Part shown: positions 19,490 to 30,103 of the stretch, piece after piece
Layout of the letters: every line of letters begins with the position of its first letter
Numbering within the stretch: position 1 is the stretch's first letter
IMG/VR virus record: IMGVR_UViG_3300025138_000032
Coordinates: 5,688 to 69,687 of that record
Direction: 5' to 3' (one strand)
Source: a virus
DNA length: 64,000 nt
Program-made: the position numbers and the translations under genes
The notes under the pieces: model-generated
Databases searched by the model: none
Seen by the model: only the letters and a program-made list of their open reading frames with translations
Told to the model about the DNA's origin: nothing

Positions 19490-19766
19490 TCTTAATGAAG
19501 CGAAGTTTAAACTTCCCTCAGGACAGACTGAAGTTAAAAAGGCTACTGAAAAAGTAGGCGGTAAAACTCTGGACATAAGGTTTGGCGAAGATAAACGAGG
19601 CAAGATTCATGTTTATGTTAATACAGTCTCAATGGGAGACCCATACAAAAACATGAAAGAAGCTGAAAAAGAGATGAAGCATATAAAACAGGTAATGAAG
19701 CAAATGAATGAAGACGACATCTCATTAAAGGAAATTTTAGGAGTTATAAATGAAACTAATATCTGA
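19458..19766 (+). CDS. Prohead core protein (gp68 position)
   Basis: Lies between gp20 and gp21; ATG at 19458. Confidence 0.5.
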   Translation: MAKTWEQITTSLNEAKFKLPSGQTEVKKATEKVGGKTLDIRFGEDKRGKIHVYVNTVSMGDPYKNMKEAEKEMKHIKQVMKQMNEDDISLKEILGVINETNI

Positions 19767-20403
19767 ATTTGTTGATTACGCAATTGAACCAGTAATCGTA
19801 GAAGAAAACGAGAAAGGTGAAAAAGAATATTTCATCGAAGGTGTATTCATGCAGGCTGATATTAAAAACAGAAATGGTCGTGTATACCCTAAAGAAGTCA
19901 TGAAAAAAGAAGTAGACCGCTACTGTAAAGAGTTCGTTGAGAAAGGACGAGCATTCGGTGAGTTAGGACATCCTGACGGACCAACAATCAATTTAGATAA
20001 AGTATCTCACATGATAACAAAATTAGACGAAGATGGTTCTAATTTCATGGGAAGAGCAAAGATTTTAAGCACACCAAATGGGCAGATTGTAAAAAATCTA
20101 ATCAATGACGGTGCAAAACTTGGCGTATCATCACGAGGTTTGGGTTCGCTCGAACAAAGAGGTGGTGCCCAATATGTTAAAGGCGATTTTCAACTTGCAA
20201 CCGCAGCTGATATCGTTGCAGACCCCTCAGCACCTGAGGCCTTCGTTGAAGGAATCATGGAAGGTGTAGAATGGGTCTACGAGTCTGGTGTACTAAGAGC
20301 TCAAGATGTTGAAGTAATGCGTGATAATTTGCGTAATACCAAAATGAATAAACTCGAAGAAACTAAACTAAAAATGTGGAAAAAGTTCGTAGAGAACCTA
20401 TAA
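19750..20403 (+). CDS. gp21: Prohead protease gp21
   Basis: NRNGRVYP, GELGHP, GVSSRGLGS and DIVADPSAP. Confidence 0.97.
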   Translation: MKLISEFVDYAIEPVIVEENEKGEKEYFIEGVFMQADIKNRNGRVYPKEVMKKEVDRYCKEFVEKGRAFGELGHPDGPTINLDKVSHMITKLDEDGSNFMGRAKILSTPNGQIVKNLINDGAKLGVSSRGLGSLEQRGGAQYVKGDFQLATAADIVADPSAPEAFVEGIMEGVEWVYESGVLRAQDVEVMRDNLRNTKMNKLEETKLKMWKKFVENL

Positions 20404-20448
20404 TATATAAATAAAAGAGTTAAGCTAAAACTCAAACAGGAGAAAAAA

Positions 20449-21828
20449 ATGGCAGATTTAGAAAAATCCCTAGAACAAGCAATAGAAGAGGCTATGAAAC
20501 AGCCTACTGATAAAGCTCAAAAAGGTGACTCAAAACCTGTTAAGCAAGGTTCATCCGATGCCGCCAAAATAGAAGGTGGAAAAGGTGAAGTCGTCAAACC
20601 AGAAGAAAATCCTGTTGGCAAAGCAGTTGCATCCGTTAAGAGCGCAGAGAAAGGAACCAAAGAAGTTAGTGGTGACCCACAACAGAAAGGTGAATCACCT
20701 GCCGAGAAGCAACCTAAGTTGAAGAATGTTAAAGAAGAGGAAGTATCCGAAACAATGGATAAACCTTCTAAGATGCAAACTATCAAGGCTATGGTCAACG
20801 CAATGAAGGATATGAGTAAATCAGATTTACAAGCAATGCATTCAAAAATGGATGTTGACAGTGAAGATGAAGACTCAAAAGAGGTTGACGAATCCTTGAC
20901 TAAAGCAGAGATTGCGAGAAGCATCGTAGAATTCTTAAAGAGTTCAGACGAAGAAACAGTCGAAGAAACTTACAATTCAATTATTGAAGCTAAGAAAGAA
21001 GAAGAAGAAGACGAAGAAGATAAAGACGAAGATGAAGATGAAGATGAAAAGGATGTTAAAGAATCCTCAGACATCGATTCCGACCTCGTTGAGATGGAAA
21101 TAGAAGACGACCTATCTAAAATCTCAGAAGCACTTGACCTATCAGAAGAAAATTCTGAGAAAGCAAGAGTTATCTTTAAGGCTGCAGTTACTTCTAAAGT
21201 GGCAGAAATAAAAGAAGAGTTAGAAACAACTTATTCAAATAATTTAAAAACCTCAGTAGAGATTGTCAAAGGCGACCTAACAGAAGCAGTTGATAAGTAT
21301 CTATCGTATTGTGCAGAAGAGTGGACGAAAGAAAACGAACTTGCAATTGAAAGAGGTTTGAGGTCAGAAATGACAGATAACTTTATTGATGGACTTAAAA
21401 CATTGTTCGTAGAACATTATGTTGAGATTCCAGAAGATAAATACAATGTTATTGATGAACTCGCAAATCGTCTTGATGAGATGGAAGACAAACTAGACAC
21501 TGAAGTATCTAAAAATATGGATGTTGTCCAAGAAAACGACCAACTCAAAAGAGGCAATGTGATAATTGAGGCCTGTAAAGACCTTACCGAATCACAAACA
21601 GAGAAGATGAATTCACTTGCAGAAGGTGTAGATTTCATTAGTGCTGAAGACTTTAGTGATAAAGTTCAAGAATTAAAGAACGCTTACTTTCCAACAGACG
21701 AAAACATCGCTGAAGAAACTGTAGTAGAAGAAGGAACTGGTGATTTCTCAGAAGAGAATGAAGTCAGACTTGACCCTACAATGAACGCATATACTTCAGC
21801 AATTAGTAAACTAAAACCTTTGGGATAA
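20449..21828 (+). CDS. gp22: Prohead core scaffold gp22
   Basis: Acidic coiled coil; VDKYLSY..EEW..EN..AIERG; synteny. Confidence 0.9.
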   Translation: MADLEKSLEQAIEEAMKQPTDKAQKGDSKPVKQGSSDAAKIEGGKGEVVKPEENPVGKAVASVKSAEKGTKEVSGDPQQKGESPAEKQPKLKNVKEEEVSETMDKPSKMQTIKAMVNAMKDMSKSDLQAMHSKMDVDSEDEDSKEVDESLTKAEIARSIVEFLKSSDEETVEETYNSIIEAKKEEEEDEEDKDEDEDEDEKDVKESSDIDSDLVEMEIEDDLSKISEALDLSEENSEKARVIFKAAVTSKVAEIKEELETTYSNNLKTSVEIVKGDLTEAVDKYLSYCAEEWTKENELAIERGLRSEMTDNFIDGLKTLFVEHYVEIPEDKYNVIDELANRLDEMEDKLDTEVSKNMDVVQENDQLKRGNVIIEACKDLTESQTEKMNSLAEGVDFISAEDFSDKVQELKNAYFPTDENIAEETVVEEGTGDFSEENEVRLDPTMNAYTSAISKLKPLG

Positions 21829-21858
21829 ACCTAAAGGTTATTAATAGGAAATAAAACA

Positions 21859-23163
21859 ATGTTTTTATCAGAAAACTTACAAGAAAAGTGGAGCCCTATT
21901 CTAGAACACTCCGATTTACCTAAAATCGAAGACAACTACAAAAGAGCCGTCACAGCAGTAATTCTTGAGAACCAAGAGAAAGCCCTTAACGAAGATAGAG
22001 CTACTCTCTCAGAAGCTGCACCTATTAATGCTACTGGTTCTGCCATATCTAACTGGGATCCAATCCTAATTAGTTTAGTGCGTAGAGCTATGCCAAATCT
22101 CGTTGCTTACGACATTTGCGGTGTTCAACCGATGACTGGTCCTACAGGACTTATCTTTGCTATGAAAGCAAGATATCAAGATTACCCAACAAACAGCACA
22201 AGACTGAATCAGACTGAAGCTATGGGCGTAAACGAAGTACAAGATTCTTCAAGCGTCAAAGCAAAACAAGCTGGTCCTTTATATACTGCTAGAGAAGGTG
22301 ATCCATTTGCTAGTTCAAGTGCGTACGCTAACGCAACTACAACTGGTATGAGCACAGCTACTTCAGAAGCATTAGGTGATTCAAGTACTAACCATTTCGC
22401 AGAAATGAGTTTTACAATTGAAAAATCTACTGTAACTGCTGTATCAAGAGCATTAAAAGCCGAATACACACTCGAACTTGCACAAGACTTAAAAGCTATC
22501 CACGGTCTTGACGCTGAGTCTGAGTTAGCAAACATCTTATCTTCAGAAATACTTGCTGAAATTAACAGAGAAGTAGTAAGAAGTGTAAATGTACAAGCAA
22601 AAACTGGTGCTACAGGCACTGCATCTGCTGGTACATTCAACTTAGATGTTGACGCTAACGGAAGATGGTCAGTTGAGAAGTTCAAAGGTTTGTTATTCCA
22701 AATCGAAAGAGAATCAAATGTAATCGCAAAAGAAACTCGTAGAGGTAAAGGTAACTTTATTCTATGTAGTTCTGATGTTGCATCTGCTCTTTCAATGGCA
22801 GGCGTATTAGATTACGCTCCAGCACTTTCAACTTCTTTGAATGTTGATGACACAGGCAATACATTTGCTGGTGTTCTTAACGGAAGAGTTAAAGTGTATA
22901 TCGATCCATATGCTGGGTCTGATTACATGACAGTTGGTTATAGAGGTTCAAACCCATATGACGCTGGTATGTTCTATTGTCCGTATGTTCCATTACAAAT
23001 GGTTCGTGCAGTTGGCGAGAACACATTCCAACCGAAAATTGGTTTCAAAACAAGATACGGAATGGTATCTAACCCATTCGTTGGTGCTACACCATCAAGT
23101 GGCCTTGCTTCCGCTGGAACAAACCAATACTACAGAAAGATTGCAGTTTCAAACATCCTGTAA
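21859..23163 (+). CDS. gp23: Major capsid protein gp23
   Basis: LVRRAMPNL, GVQPMTGPTG, ELAQDLKAIHGLDAE and FQPKIGFKTRYG. Confidence 0.99.
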   Translation: MFLSENLQEKWSPILEHSDLPKIEDNYKRAVTAVILENQEKALNEDRATLSEAAPINATGSAISNWDPILISLVRRAMPNLVAYDICGVQPMTGPTGLIFAMKARYQDYPTNSTRLNQTEAMGVNEVQDSSSVKAKQAGPLYTAREGDPFASSSAYANATTTGMSTATSEALGDSSTNHFAEMSFTIEKSTVTAVSRALKAEYTLELAQDLKAIHGLDAESELANILSSEILAEINREVVRSVNVQAKTGATGTASAGTFNLDVDANGRWSVEKFKGLLFQIERESNVIAKETRRGKGNFILCSSDVASALSMAGVLDYAPALSTSLNVDDTGNTFAGVLNGRVKVYIDPYAGSDYMTVGYRGSNPYDAGMFYCPYVPLQMVRAVGENTFQPKIGFKTRYGMVSNPFVGATPSSGLASAGTNQYYRKIAVSNIL

Positions 23164-23191
23164 ACTTAGTAGTTTCGAATTTATTCGAATT

Positions 23192-23221
23192 AAAAAGGGA
23201 CTTTCAGAGTCCCTTTTTTTT
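23192..23221 (+). terminator. Rho-independent terminator after gp23
   Basis: GGGACT-ttcag-AGTCCC followed by a T-run. Confidence 0.9.
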
Positions 23222-23273
23222 AGCGTACTAAATACTACTGTACAATAAAGTACAACACACACACGGAGAAAGT

Positions 23274-23495
23274 ATGAACAATACACAACCTAAAAGTGGC
23301 TTTGAAATCAGAGCCGATTTACTTCAACAAAGTGAGAGTATACTCACTGGAAACATCTATAGAATGAATGATGCTATCGTTCAACATAACGATAATTTTC
23401 CAAACGATAAGAAACCATTAGGTGACCAATTCGTTTCCACGGAAGATGTTATTTCAACTGCAAGATTATTAAACGAATTTGTAAACGAGAAGTAA
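23274..23495 (+). CDS. Conserved small phage protein
   Basis: SGFEIRADLL...EDVISTARLLNEFV; SD GGAG. Confidence 0.7.
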   Translation: MNNTQPKSGFEIRADLLQQSESILTGNIYRMNDAIVQHNDNFPNDKKPLGDQFVSTEDVISTARLLNEFVNEK

Positions 23496-23501
23496 AACTT
23501 T

Positions 23502-23524
23502 AGGGGACTTCGGTCCCCTTTTTT
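23502..23524 (+). terminator. Rho-independent terminator
   Basis: GGGGAC-TTCG-GTCCCC followed by a T-run. Confidence 0.9.
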
Positions 23525-23536
23525 GTAGACAATATT

Positions 23537-24025
23537 ATGGAATTGTACACCGAGTCAGTATCACCTGATTTGACACATAGAATATATGCTGTTTATCGTA
23601 ACTCAGATAATAATTATTTTGATGACGATAGACATCATGCAAGTTCTATAGGTCATTTTCTTTTGAGTAGTTATACTATAGAAGAAATGCAATTTGTTTG
23701 GTCTACATTGTTAGAAAATGAGAAATCATTTGCTCTAGATTACGAACCAGTTCTGTTTAGAGTATTAAAGTACACGCCAGGTTGTTATGTGCAACCTCAT
23801 GAAGATGTCGCAAAATATGGCGATGAAACAGACCATAGTCTTATCATTCAATTGAATCCCACAAATGAGTTTAAAGGTGGTATTCCTACGGTTGCAGATA
23901 AAGAATATCGTATAGAACAAGGCGATGCCTTGATTTATCAATACGGAGAAAGACACGGAGTTACAGAAGTCACCGAAGGTGTTCGATATGTACTCAATGT
24001 GAGAATGAAGAAAATACATAAATAG
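23537..24025 (+). CDS. 2OG-Fe(II) oxygenase
   Basis: PHED, FKGG and RHGVTEVTEGVRY. Confidence 0.75.
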   Translation: MELYTESVSPDLTHRIYAVYRNSDNNYFDDDRHHASSIGHFLLSSYTIEEMQFVWSTLLENEKSFALDYEPVLFRVLKYTPGCYVQPHEDVAKYGDETDHSLIIQLNPTNEFKGGIPTVADKEYRIEQGDALIYQYGERHGVTEVTEGVRYVLNVRMKKIHK

Positions 24026-24029
24026 TATT

Positions 24030-24575
24030 ATGGGTATAAAAACAGATATAAACAAGTCAATACTAAACAGAAACAACTTTAGACTTCTGATAGATAAAGT
24101 TCCTACTGTAGAGTATTATGTCAGAACAGTAAACATACCAGGTGTTCAATTTGGTGAAACTGTTCAGTCAGCAGGTGTTGGTCTAGATGCATTCTTTCCA
24201 GGCGATAAGGCATCATTTGATACATTAGAAGTATCATTCTTAGTAGACGAAGACTTAGAAAACTTTGTTGAGATGTACAACTGGATAGACTCTATTGTAC
24301 CTCTAAGTGACCCAAAACTATATGGCACATACACTGATACTGCTGTGACTAGAACAAATGTTCTCGCATCTATTGATAACGATAGAAATCAGTACTCAGA
24401 TATAACACTAGTTATAAACACAAATAAAAATTTACCTAATAGATACATAAGATTTCATGATGCATTCCCTACATCGCTAGGGTCAATCGAATTGGAATCA
24501 GGCGCAGATGCCGAACCGGCAGTAGTCACTGTATCATTTAGATTTTCGTATTACGAGATAAAAACCACCTCGTAA
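24030..24575 (+). CDS. gp3: Tail tube terminator/completion protein gp3
   Basis: NFRLLI...VNIPG...FLVDEDLEN...DAFPTSLG; position before uvsY. Confidence 0.8.
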   Translation: MGIKTDINKSILNRNNFRLLIDKVPTVEYYVRTVNIPGVQFGETVQSAGVGLDAFFPGDKASFDTLEVSFLVDEDLENFVEMYNWIDSIVPLSDPKLYGTYTDTAVTRTNVLASIDNDRNQYSDITLVINTNKNLPNRYIRFHDAFPTSLGSIELESGADAEPAVVTVSFRFSYYEIKTTS

Positions 24576-24606
24576 TTTACTACAAACTGTAGTATAATAG
24601 TATATT

Positions 24607-25050
24607 ATGAACTTAGAACAATTGAAAGCAGAATGGGAAAAGGATTGTGAGATAGACGATATCGAACTTGATACGGCATCTTTACATGTACCCAAACTAC
24701 ACGCAAAATACTCAGACCTATTAACAAGTAAAATCTTACTGTTAAAAAAATACAACCAAGACTACAACGAACTACTTAAGTATAAGTGGATGTGGTTCAA
24801 TGGCAAACTTGACGATGATATGATAAAAAAGTTTGGTTGGCAAACAGACCCATTTGATGGTCTAAAAATAATGAAAACAGACTTTAATTATTTCTTCAAT
24901 TCTGATAAAGATTTAGTCGAATTACAAGCGAAGATTGACTATCTACAAGTCACCGTTGACTTTGTAAAGAGATGCATGGATAATATCACATGGAGACATC
25001 AAACAATTAAGAACACAATAGAATGGCGTAAATTCATGGCAGGACAATAA
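24607..25050 (+). CDS. uvsY: Recombination mediator UvsY
   Basis: PKLHAKY and IKNTIEWRKF. Confidence 0.9.
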   Translation: MNLEQLKAEWEKDCEIDDIELDTASLHVPKLHAKYSDLLTSKILLLKKYNQDYNELLKYKWMWFNGKLDDDMIKKFGWQTDPFDGLKIMKTDFNYFFNSDKDLVELQAKIDYLQVTVDFVKRCMDNITWRHQTIKNTIEWRKFMAGQ

Positions 25051-25052
25051 TA

Positions 25053-25742
25053 ATGAACTTAAGAAAATATGCAATGATATATCCTAGTTATCTATCTCAA
25101 CATGAGTGTGATACAATACAAACTTTTTCTGAAAGATACGAAGAAGTTGTATCTGGTATAGGTCAAAAAAATAATGATGTAGATGCTGAAGAACTTCAAG
25201 AACACGGCCAGGTTGATGACAATATCAGACAATCAGATGTCAGATGGTTAATACATGAAGAGTTTCCACTTGAGATTGCACAAAAAATAGAAAAAGGAAT
25301 CAACATGGCGTCAGCTGATGCTGGTTGGTTACATCAATGGGACTATGTAGAACATCATCAATACACGACATATAGACATAGACCAGATGCACGAGTAACT
25401 GGAGATTTCTATACATGGCATACAGATTCAAGCGATGAAGCACAATCAGACGGTGGCAAATACAGAAAGTTAAGTTCTACTATTCAATTATCACATCCAG
25501 ACGAATATGAAGGTGGATTGTTTCAATGGTTAGAACCAAGAGGAATGTTTGATATGTTAAGAAACAATCAAAGTCTTCAGTCTGTTTGTGTTGATGAATA
25601 TATTCAAACTGTTCCATTCAGTGGAAAAGAAAGAGGAAGTCTTATAGTATTTCCTTCTTTTGTACATCACCAAGTAACACCAGTTACCAGAGGGACTAGA
25701 ATATCACTAGTTAGTTGGTTTCATGGTCATCCCTATGTCTAA
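25053..25742 (+). CDS. 2OG-Fe(II) oxygenase (PKHD-type)
   Basis: WHTD, RKLS, YEGG and FPSFVHHQVTPVTRGTRISLVSW. Confidence 0.88.
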   Translation: MNLRKYAMIYPSYLSQHECDTIQTFSERYEEVVSGIGQKNNDVDAEELQEHGQVDDNIRQSDVRWLIHEEFPLEIAQKIEKGINMASADAGWLHQWDYVEHHQYTTYRHRPDARVTGDFYTWHTDSSDEAQSDGGKYRKLSSTIQLSHPDEYEGGLFQWLEPRGMFDMLRNNQSLQSVCVDEYIQTVPFSGKERGSLIVFPSFVHHQVTPVTRGTRISLVSWFHGHPYV

Positions 25743-27141
25743 TCTAGTCACCGTCTCTAAAGTAGACGAGTGTTTTCTAAAAGTAAATTGTGACAAAGGT
25801 CTTGCAAGAGACTTATACGATTTCTTTTCATTTACTGTACCTGGCGCCAAGTTCATGCCGTCATACAAAAACAAATGGTGGGATGGTAAAGTAAGACTAT
25901 TCTCTCTAAAAACTCAGAAGATATACATAGGTCTACTACCCTACATTGACGAGTTTTGTAGAGAAAGAGGATTCGATTTCGAGGGCGTAGAAGATGTCAT
26001 CGGACACAAACATAAACTCAAAGATTGGAATGTAGAAGACTTAAACTTACCCTTTGCTCCTAGAGATTACCAACTCGAAGCATTCAAAGAGACAGTCAAG
26101 TATGGTAGACAACTTCTTTTGTCTCCTACGGCATCTGGCAAGTCTTTAATCATATATATGATAGCCAGATACTATAACATGAAAACAATTATAATTGTTC
26201 CTACTACATCACTAGTAGAACAAATGACAAAAGATTTTCAGGAGTATGGATATGATAAACAAGTATGTAAAATTTATAGTGGTCAACCTGTATTTCCTGC
26301 TGACATTACGGTTACTACATGGCAGAGTTTTGCTAAAGCACCTAAAGAGGTTATGCAATCGTTTGATGTAGTAATAGGAGATGAGGCACATCTATTCAAG
26401 GCACAAACACTCAAAGGTATATTAGAGAAGATGAAGACCACTGCAATTAGAGTTGGTCTTACAGGAACATTAGATGGTACAGAAGTTCATAGACTACAAC
26501 TAGAAGGACTATTTGGTCCTGTTAAGAAAGTAGTATCTTCGGCACAACTTATGGAAGAAGGTACAATTGCTAATTTAAAAATTGATTGTGTCATACTCCG
26601 TCATACTAAACAGAAAAAAATGTCGTATCAAGATGAGATGGATTACTTAGTCGGCAATGATAGTAGGAACGAATTCATATGTAATCTAGTATATTCACTG
26701 AAAGGAAATACTCTAGTATTGTTTCAGTTTGTAGAGAAACATGGGGTTCTACTGCATAAGAAAATGTTTGAAAGATTAGATGATAAACTGCATTATGTAT
26801 ACGGTGGTACAGATGTAGAAGACAGAGAGAATGTAAGAGAAGTCGTAGAAAAGGCCAGTGATAATGTCATACTGGCGTCATACGGAACTTTTTCAACAGG
26901 AGTAAACATTAAGAAAATAGATAATGTTGTATTTGCAAGTCCCTCTAAATCTAGAATAAGAAATTTACAATCAATTGGTCGTGGTCTTCGTAAGGCAGAA
27001 GGCAAAACTGAGATGAGGTTATTTGATATTGCAGATGACCTACAATGTGAAAATCATACTTTAAATCACCTTAAAGAACGGATAAATATATATAACGAAG
27101 AAAGTTTTTCATATGAACTCAAACAATTTGACCTTAAATGA
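25735..27141 (+). CDS. uvsW: DNA helicase UvsW
   Basis: SPTASGKS, DEAH, GLTGT and QSIGRGLR. Confidence 0.95.
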   Translation: MSNLVTVSKVDECFLKVNCDKGLARDLYDFFSFTVPGAKFMPSYKNKWWDGKVRLFSLKTQKIYIGLLPYIDEFCRERGFDFEGVEDVIGHKHKLKDWNVEDLNLPFAPRDYQLEAFKETVKYGRQLLLSPTASGKSLIIYMIARYYNMKTIIIVPTTSLVEQMTKDFQEYGYDKQVCKIYSGQPVFPADITVTTWQSFAKAPKEVMQSFDVVIGDEAHLFKAQTLKGILEKMKTTAIRVGLTGTLDGTEVHRLQLEGLFGPVKKVVSSAQLMEEGTIANLKIDCVILRHTKQKKMSYQDEMDYLVGNDSRNEFICNLVYSLKGNTLVLFQFVEKHGVLLHKKMFERLDDKLHYVYGGTDVEDRENVREVVEKASDNVILASYGTFSTGVNIKKIDNVVFASPSKSRIRNLQSIGRGLRKAEGKTEMRLFDIADDLQCENHTLNHLKERINIYNEESFSYELKQFDLK

Positions 27142-27632
27142 CATCACCAATAGATTTAGTACCAAATAGATACGAAGTAATTAAACTCAAAGACGGAGCA
27201 GAAATAGTCGGAATGACTAAAGACTGTGGAGATTACTTAGAGATAACATTACCTATGATATGTCAGTTATCTATTGTACCAGGAACACCAAGAACAAATG
27301 CAGTGTTTTACCCTTACTCACCATTGAGTTCGGACGAGAGAGTTCAATTACCAAAATCACAAGTCGTTCATAGAAATTTAATGAACCCTCAGTTTATAGA
27401 ATTTTATGATAATGCATCAAGCAAATGGTTCGAGATGATTGAGAACCAAAGTATACCTCTAATGACTAAACAAGACGAAAAGATTGCAGATAGAATGAGA
27501 GGTGCTCTAAATGAAATGATGAGTAAATACCAACACATAGATGATGCAACACTAGACAGAGCCTTAGAAGATTTAGAATTCGAAGATGATTTCGATGAAG
27601 ATTATATAATCGACAAAAAGAAATTACATTAG
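27138..27632 (+). CDS. Conserved hypothetical protein (Sm-like fold) after uvsW
   Basis: VIKLKDGAEIVG motif; position conserved in T4-like phages. Confidence 0.6.
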   Translation: MTSPIDLVPNRYEVIKLKDGAEIVGMTKDCGDYLEITLPMICQLSIVPGTPRTNAVFYPYSPLSSDERVQLPKSQVVHRNLMNPQFIEFYDNASSKWFEMIENQSIPLMTKQDEKIADRMRGALNEMMSKYQHIDDATLDRALEDLEFEDDFDEDYIIDKKKLH

Positions 27633-27717
27633 GCTTTTGAAATGACTAAATAAGTGCGTATAACTTTGAGTTATATACATTTATCATTATAATTTATATA
27701 TTTAAACTGGAGATACC

Positions 27718-27882
27718 ATGTCAGCTGCAATCAGATTGATTCAGAAGAGCATGGTGGGACGATTCGAAGACCTGAAAGAAGTGCTACCTAGCATCATAGA
27801 AGCAATTGAGTTTACGACACTATTGACTCTTCCTGTTTTACTACCGTTTTTCATTATGTTTATGTCGAAAGGCATTGTATAG
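27718..27882 (+). CDS. Small membrane protein (54 aa), not in the ORF track
   Basis: SD GGAG, ATG, C-terminal TM helix (MSAAIRLIQK...LLPFFIMFMSKGIV). Confidence 0.6.
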   Translation: MSAAIRLIQKSMVGRFEDLKEVLPSIIEAIEFTTLLTLPVLLPFFIMFMSKGIV

Positions 27883-27976
27883 TGTCTAACAAGACTAAAA
27901 CTAACTTACAAAACACAGCAGAGGTGGCAACACTTCTGTTCGTGTTCTGTATTTCAATAATAGGACTACTACCAAA

Positions 27977-28231
27977 GTGAAACTAGATTCATGGAAAAGA
28001 CCGAAAGATGTTATATATTGCGAATACAGACAAGAAGACCTCAATTTTAACTCACTAAATATAGTAGAAGATGCAACTCCTGAAGAAGTTGATGAGTGGA
28101 TGAACACTGATTACTTCATGAAAGGCGAATTCGATGTAATGAAATTGTTCGTTCTAGTTCCTGCATTGATTCAAGTTACAGTATTTTTTATGATGCTCTT
28201 TATGTTTTATGTCAATAGTCTCGTATTTTAG
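27977..28231 (+). CDS. Small membrane protein
   Basis: C-terminal hydrophobic helix. Confidence 0.55.
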   Translation: MKLDSWKRPKDVIYCEYRQEDLNFNSLNIVEDATPEEVDEWMNTDYFMKGEFDVMKLFVLVPALIQVTVFFMMLFMFYVNSLVF

Positions 28232-28496
28232 AAAAACGCTTAAACTCATGTTTGGGTTAGGCAAATCCGAAGACTTTGAGATAAGTATACTTAATATACT
28301 AATAATTGCGATATTATTAGGAATTATGTTTGTAGTAGGTAATGGATTACTCCTTATATGGATCCTGACCCTGGCGACATAATTAGTTTATCATGCTATT
28401 TGTATCCTCACAAGGGGGTTTTTAAATTAATTTTAATTTAATTAACCTAAAAAACCACTATCCCTACAACAACTAATCTAGTATAATAAGTACATC

Positions 28497-29039
28497 ATGG
28501 CAAAAAACGCAAAACAACAAGAACACTATGTTAATAACAAAGAGTTCACAGCCGCAGTCGCCGAGTTTAACGAGAAAGTAAAGCTCGCCCAGGCAGAAGG
28601 TAAAACACCTCCACAAATGTCTAATTACATAGGAGAGTGCATCTATAAGATTGCTACTCGACTATCTACAAGACCAAATTTCATAAACTACACTTACAGA
28701 GACGAAATGATATGTGATGGCATAGAAAATTGCATTCAATATATCAAAAACTTTAATGTAGAAAAATCTAATAATGCATTCGCATATATTACTCAGATTT
28801 GTTACTATGCTTTCTTAAGAAGAATACAGAAAGAAAAGAAACAAGTCTATATCAAACAACAAGTCATATCAGACATAACACAAGAAACACTGGATTCCAT
28901 TGATGGCGATACCACAGGTATGGTCAACACCAATGTAGAGTGGATGCAAGATAACATGAATCATGTTGCTTATGAACCACGCAAATCAAAACGAGAAAAA
29001 GTCAAAAAAGAAAAAGGTTTAGATAAATTTACTGAATGA
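28497..29039 (+). CDS. gp55: Late-transcription sigma factor gp55
   Basis: HYVNNKEF, NFINYTYRDEMICDG and NAFAYITQICYYAFLRRI. Confidence 0.96.
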   Translation: MAKNAKQQEHYVNNKEFTAAVAEFNEKVKLAQAEGKTPPQMSNYIGECIYKIATRLSTRPNFINYTYRDEMICDGIENCIQYIKNFNVEKSNNAFAYITQICYYAFLRRIQKEKKQVYIKQQVISDITQETLDSIDGDTTGMVNTNVEWMQDNMNHVAYEPRKSKREKVKKEKGLDKFTE

Positions 29040-30103
29040 AAATAGCGATACTTAACGATACACATGCTGGTGTTCGTGGTGATATGTTGGAAATGTCCAA
29101 ATATCAAGGAAGATTCTACAAAGAGATATTCTTTCCATACCTAGACGAACACAACATAACACAAATCTTACACTTGGGTGATTACTTCGATAGACGAAAG
29201 TTTGTCAACTTTGTAACACTTGAAGCAAATAGAGAACACTTTATTAAACCTATGTTAGAGAGAAACATCTCTATGGATTTGATATTGGGTAATCATGATG
29301 TATATTACAAGAATACAAATACTGTAAATGCACCAGACTTACTACTATTTGAAAGTGATAATATCAATGTGATACATCATCCTATTGTAAAAGAATACGA
29401 TGGAGTTAATCTTGCACTTGTACCTTGGATTAATAACGAGAACTATGCCGACAGTATAGATTTTCTATTGAGTGCAAATGCAGATACATGTATGGGTCAC
29501 TTCGAGATAGAAGGTGCATTGATGATGCCTGGAATGACATGTCAACATGGTCTAGACCACACATATCTAAAACGATTCGATAAAGTTTATAGTGGTCATT
29601 TTCATCAAAAGTCGGAAGTAAAGAACATTAAGTATCTTGGTTCTCAAATGGAGTTCACATGGTCAGACTATGGTGATAACAAATACTTTCATATCTTTGA
29701 TACAGATACAAGAGAGATGTTACCAGTACATAATCCATTAACGATGTTCGAGAAAGTCTTTTACGATGACAGTAAAGAGACATTTGAAACAATCAATAAC
29801 AAAGACTATTCTAAGTACAAGGGTAAATTCTGTAAAGTAATAGTAGTAAACAAAGACAATCCATATTGGTTCGACTCAATGGTCGACAAACTTCATGCAG
29901 CCAATCCTTTGCATGTTGTCGTAGTTGATGACCATAAACATATGGACTTGATGGACGACAATGATATAGAAGGAGTAGAAGATACTCTTACCATACTAGA
30001 AAAGTATGTTGACGGTCTAGAAATACAAGGTCAGAAAAAACCCCTTCTGGAAATGATGACTTCGTTGTATAATGAAGCACTTGAAGAACATAATTATCTA
30101 TGA
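29036..30103 (+). CDS. gp47: Recombination endonuclease subunit gp47 (Mre11-like)
   Basis: DTH, GDYFD, GNHD and SGHFH. Confidence 0.95.
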   Translation: MKIAILNDTHAGVRGDMLEMSKYQGRFYKEIFFPYLDEHNITQILHLGDYFDRRKFVNFVTLEANREHFIKPMLERNISMDLILGNHDVYYKNTNTVNAPDLLLFESDNINVIHHPIVKEYDGVNLALVPWINNENYADSIDFLLSANADTCMGHFEIEGALMMPGMTCQHGLDHTYLKRFDKVYSGHFHQKSEVKNIKYLGSQMEFTWSDYGDNKYFHIFDTDTREMLPVHNPLTMFEKVFYDDSKETFETINNKDYSKYKGKFCKVIVVNKDNPYWFDSMVDKLHAANPLHVVVVDDHKHMDLMDDNDIEGVEDTLTILEKYVDGLEIQGQKKPLLEMMTSLYNEALEEHNYL

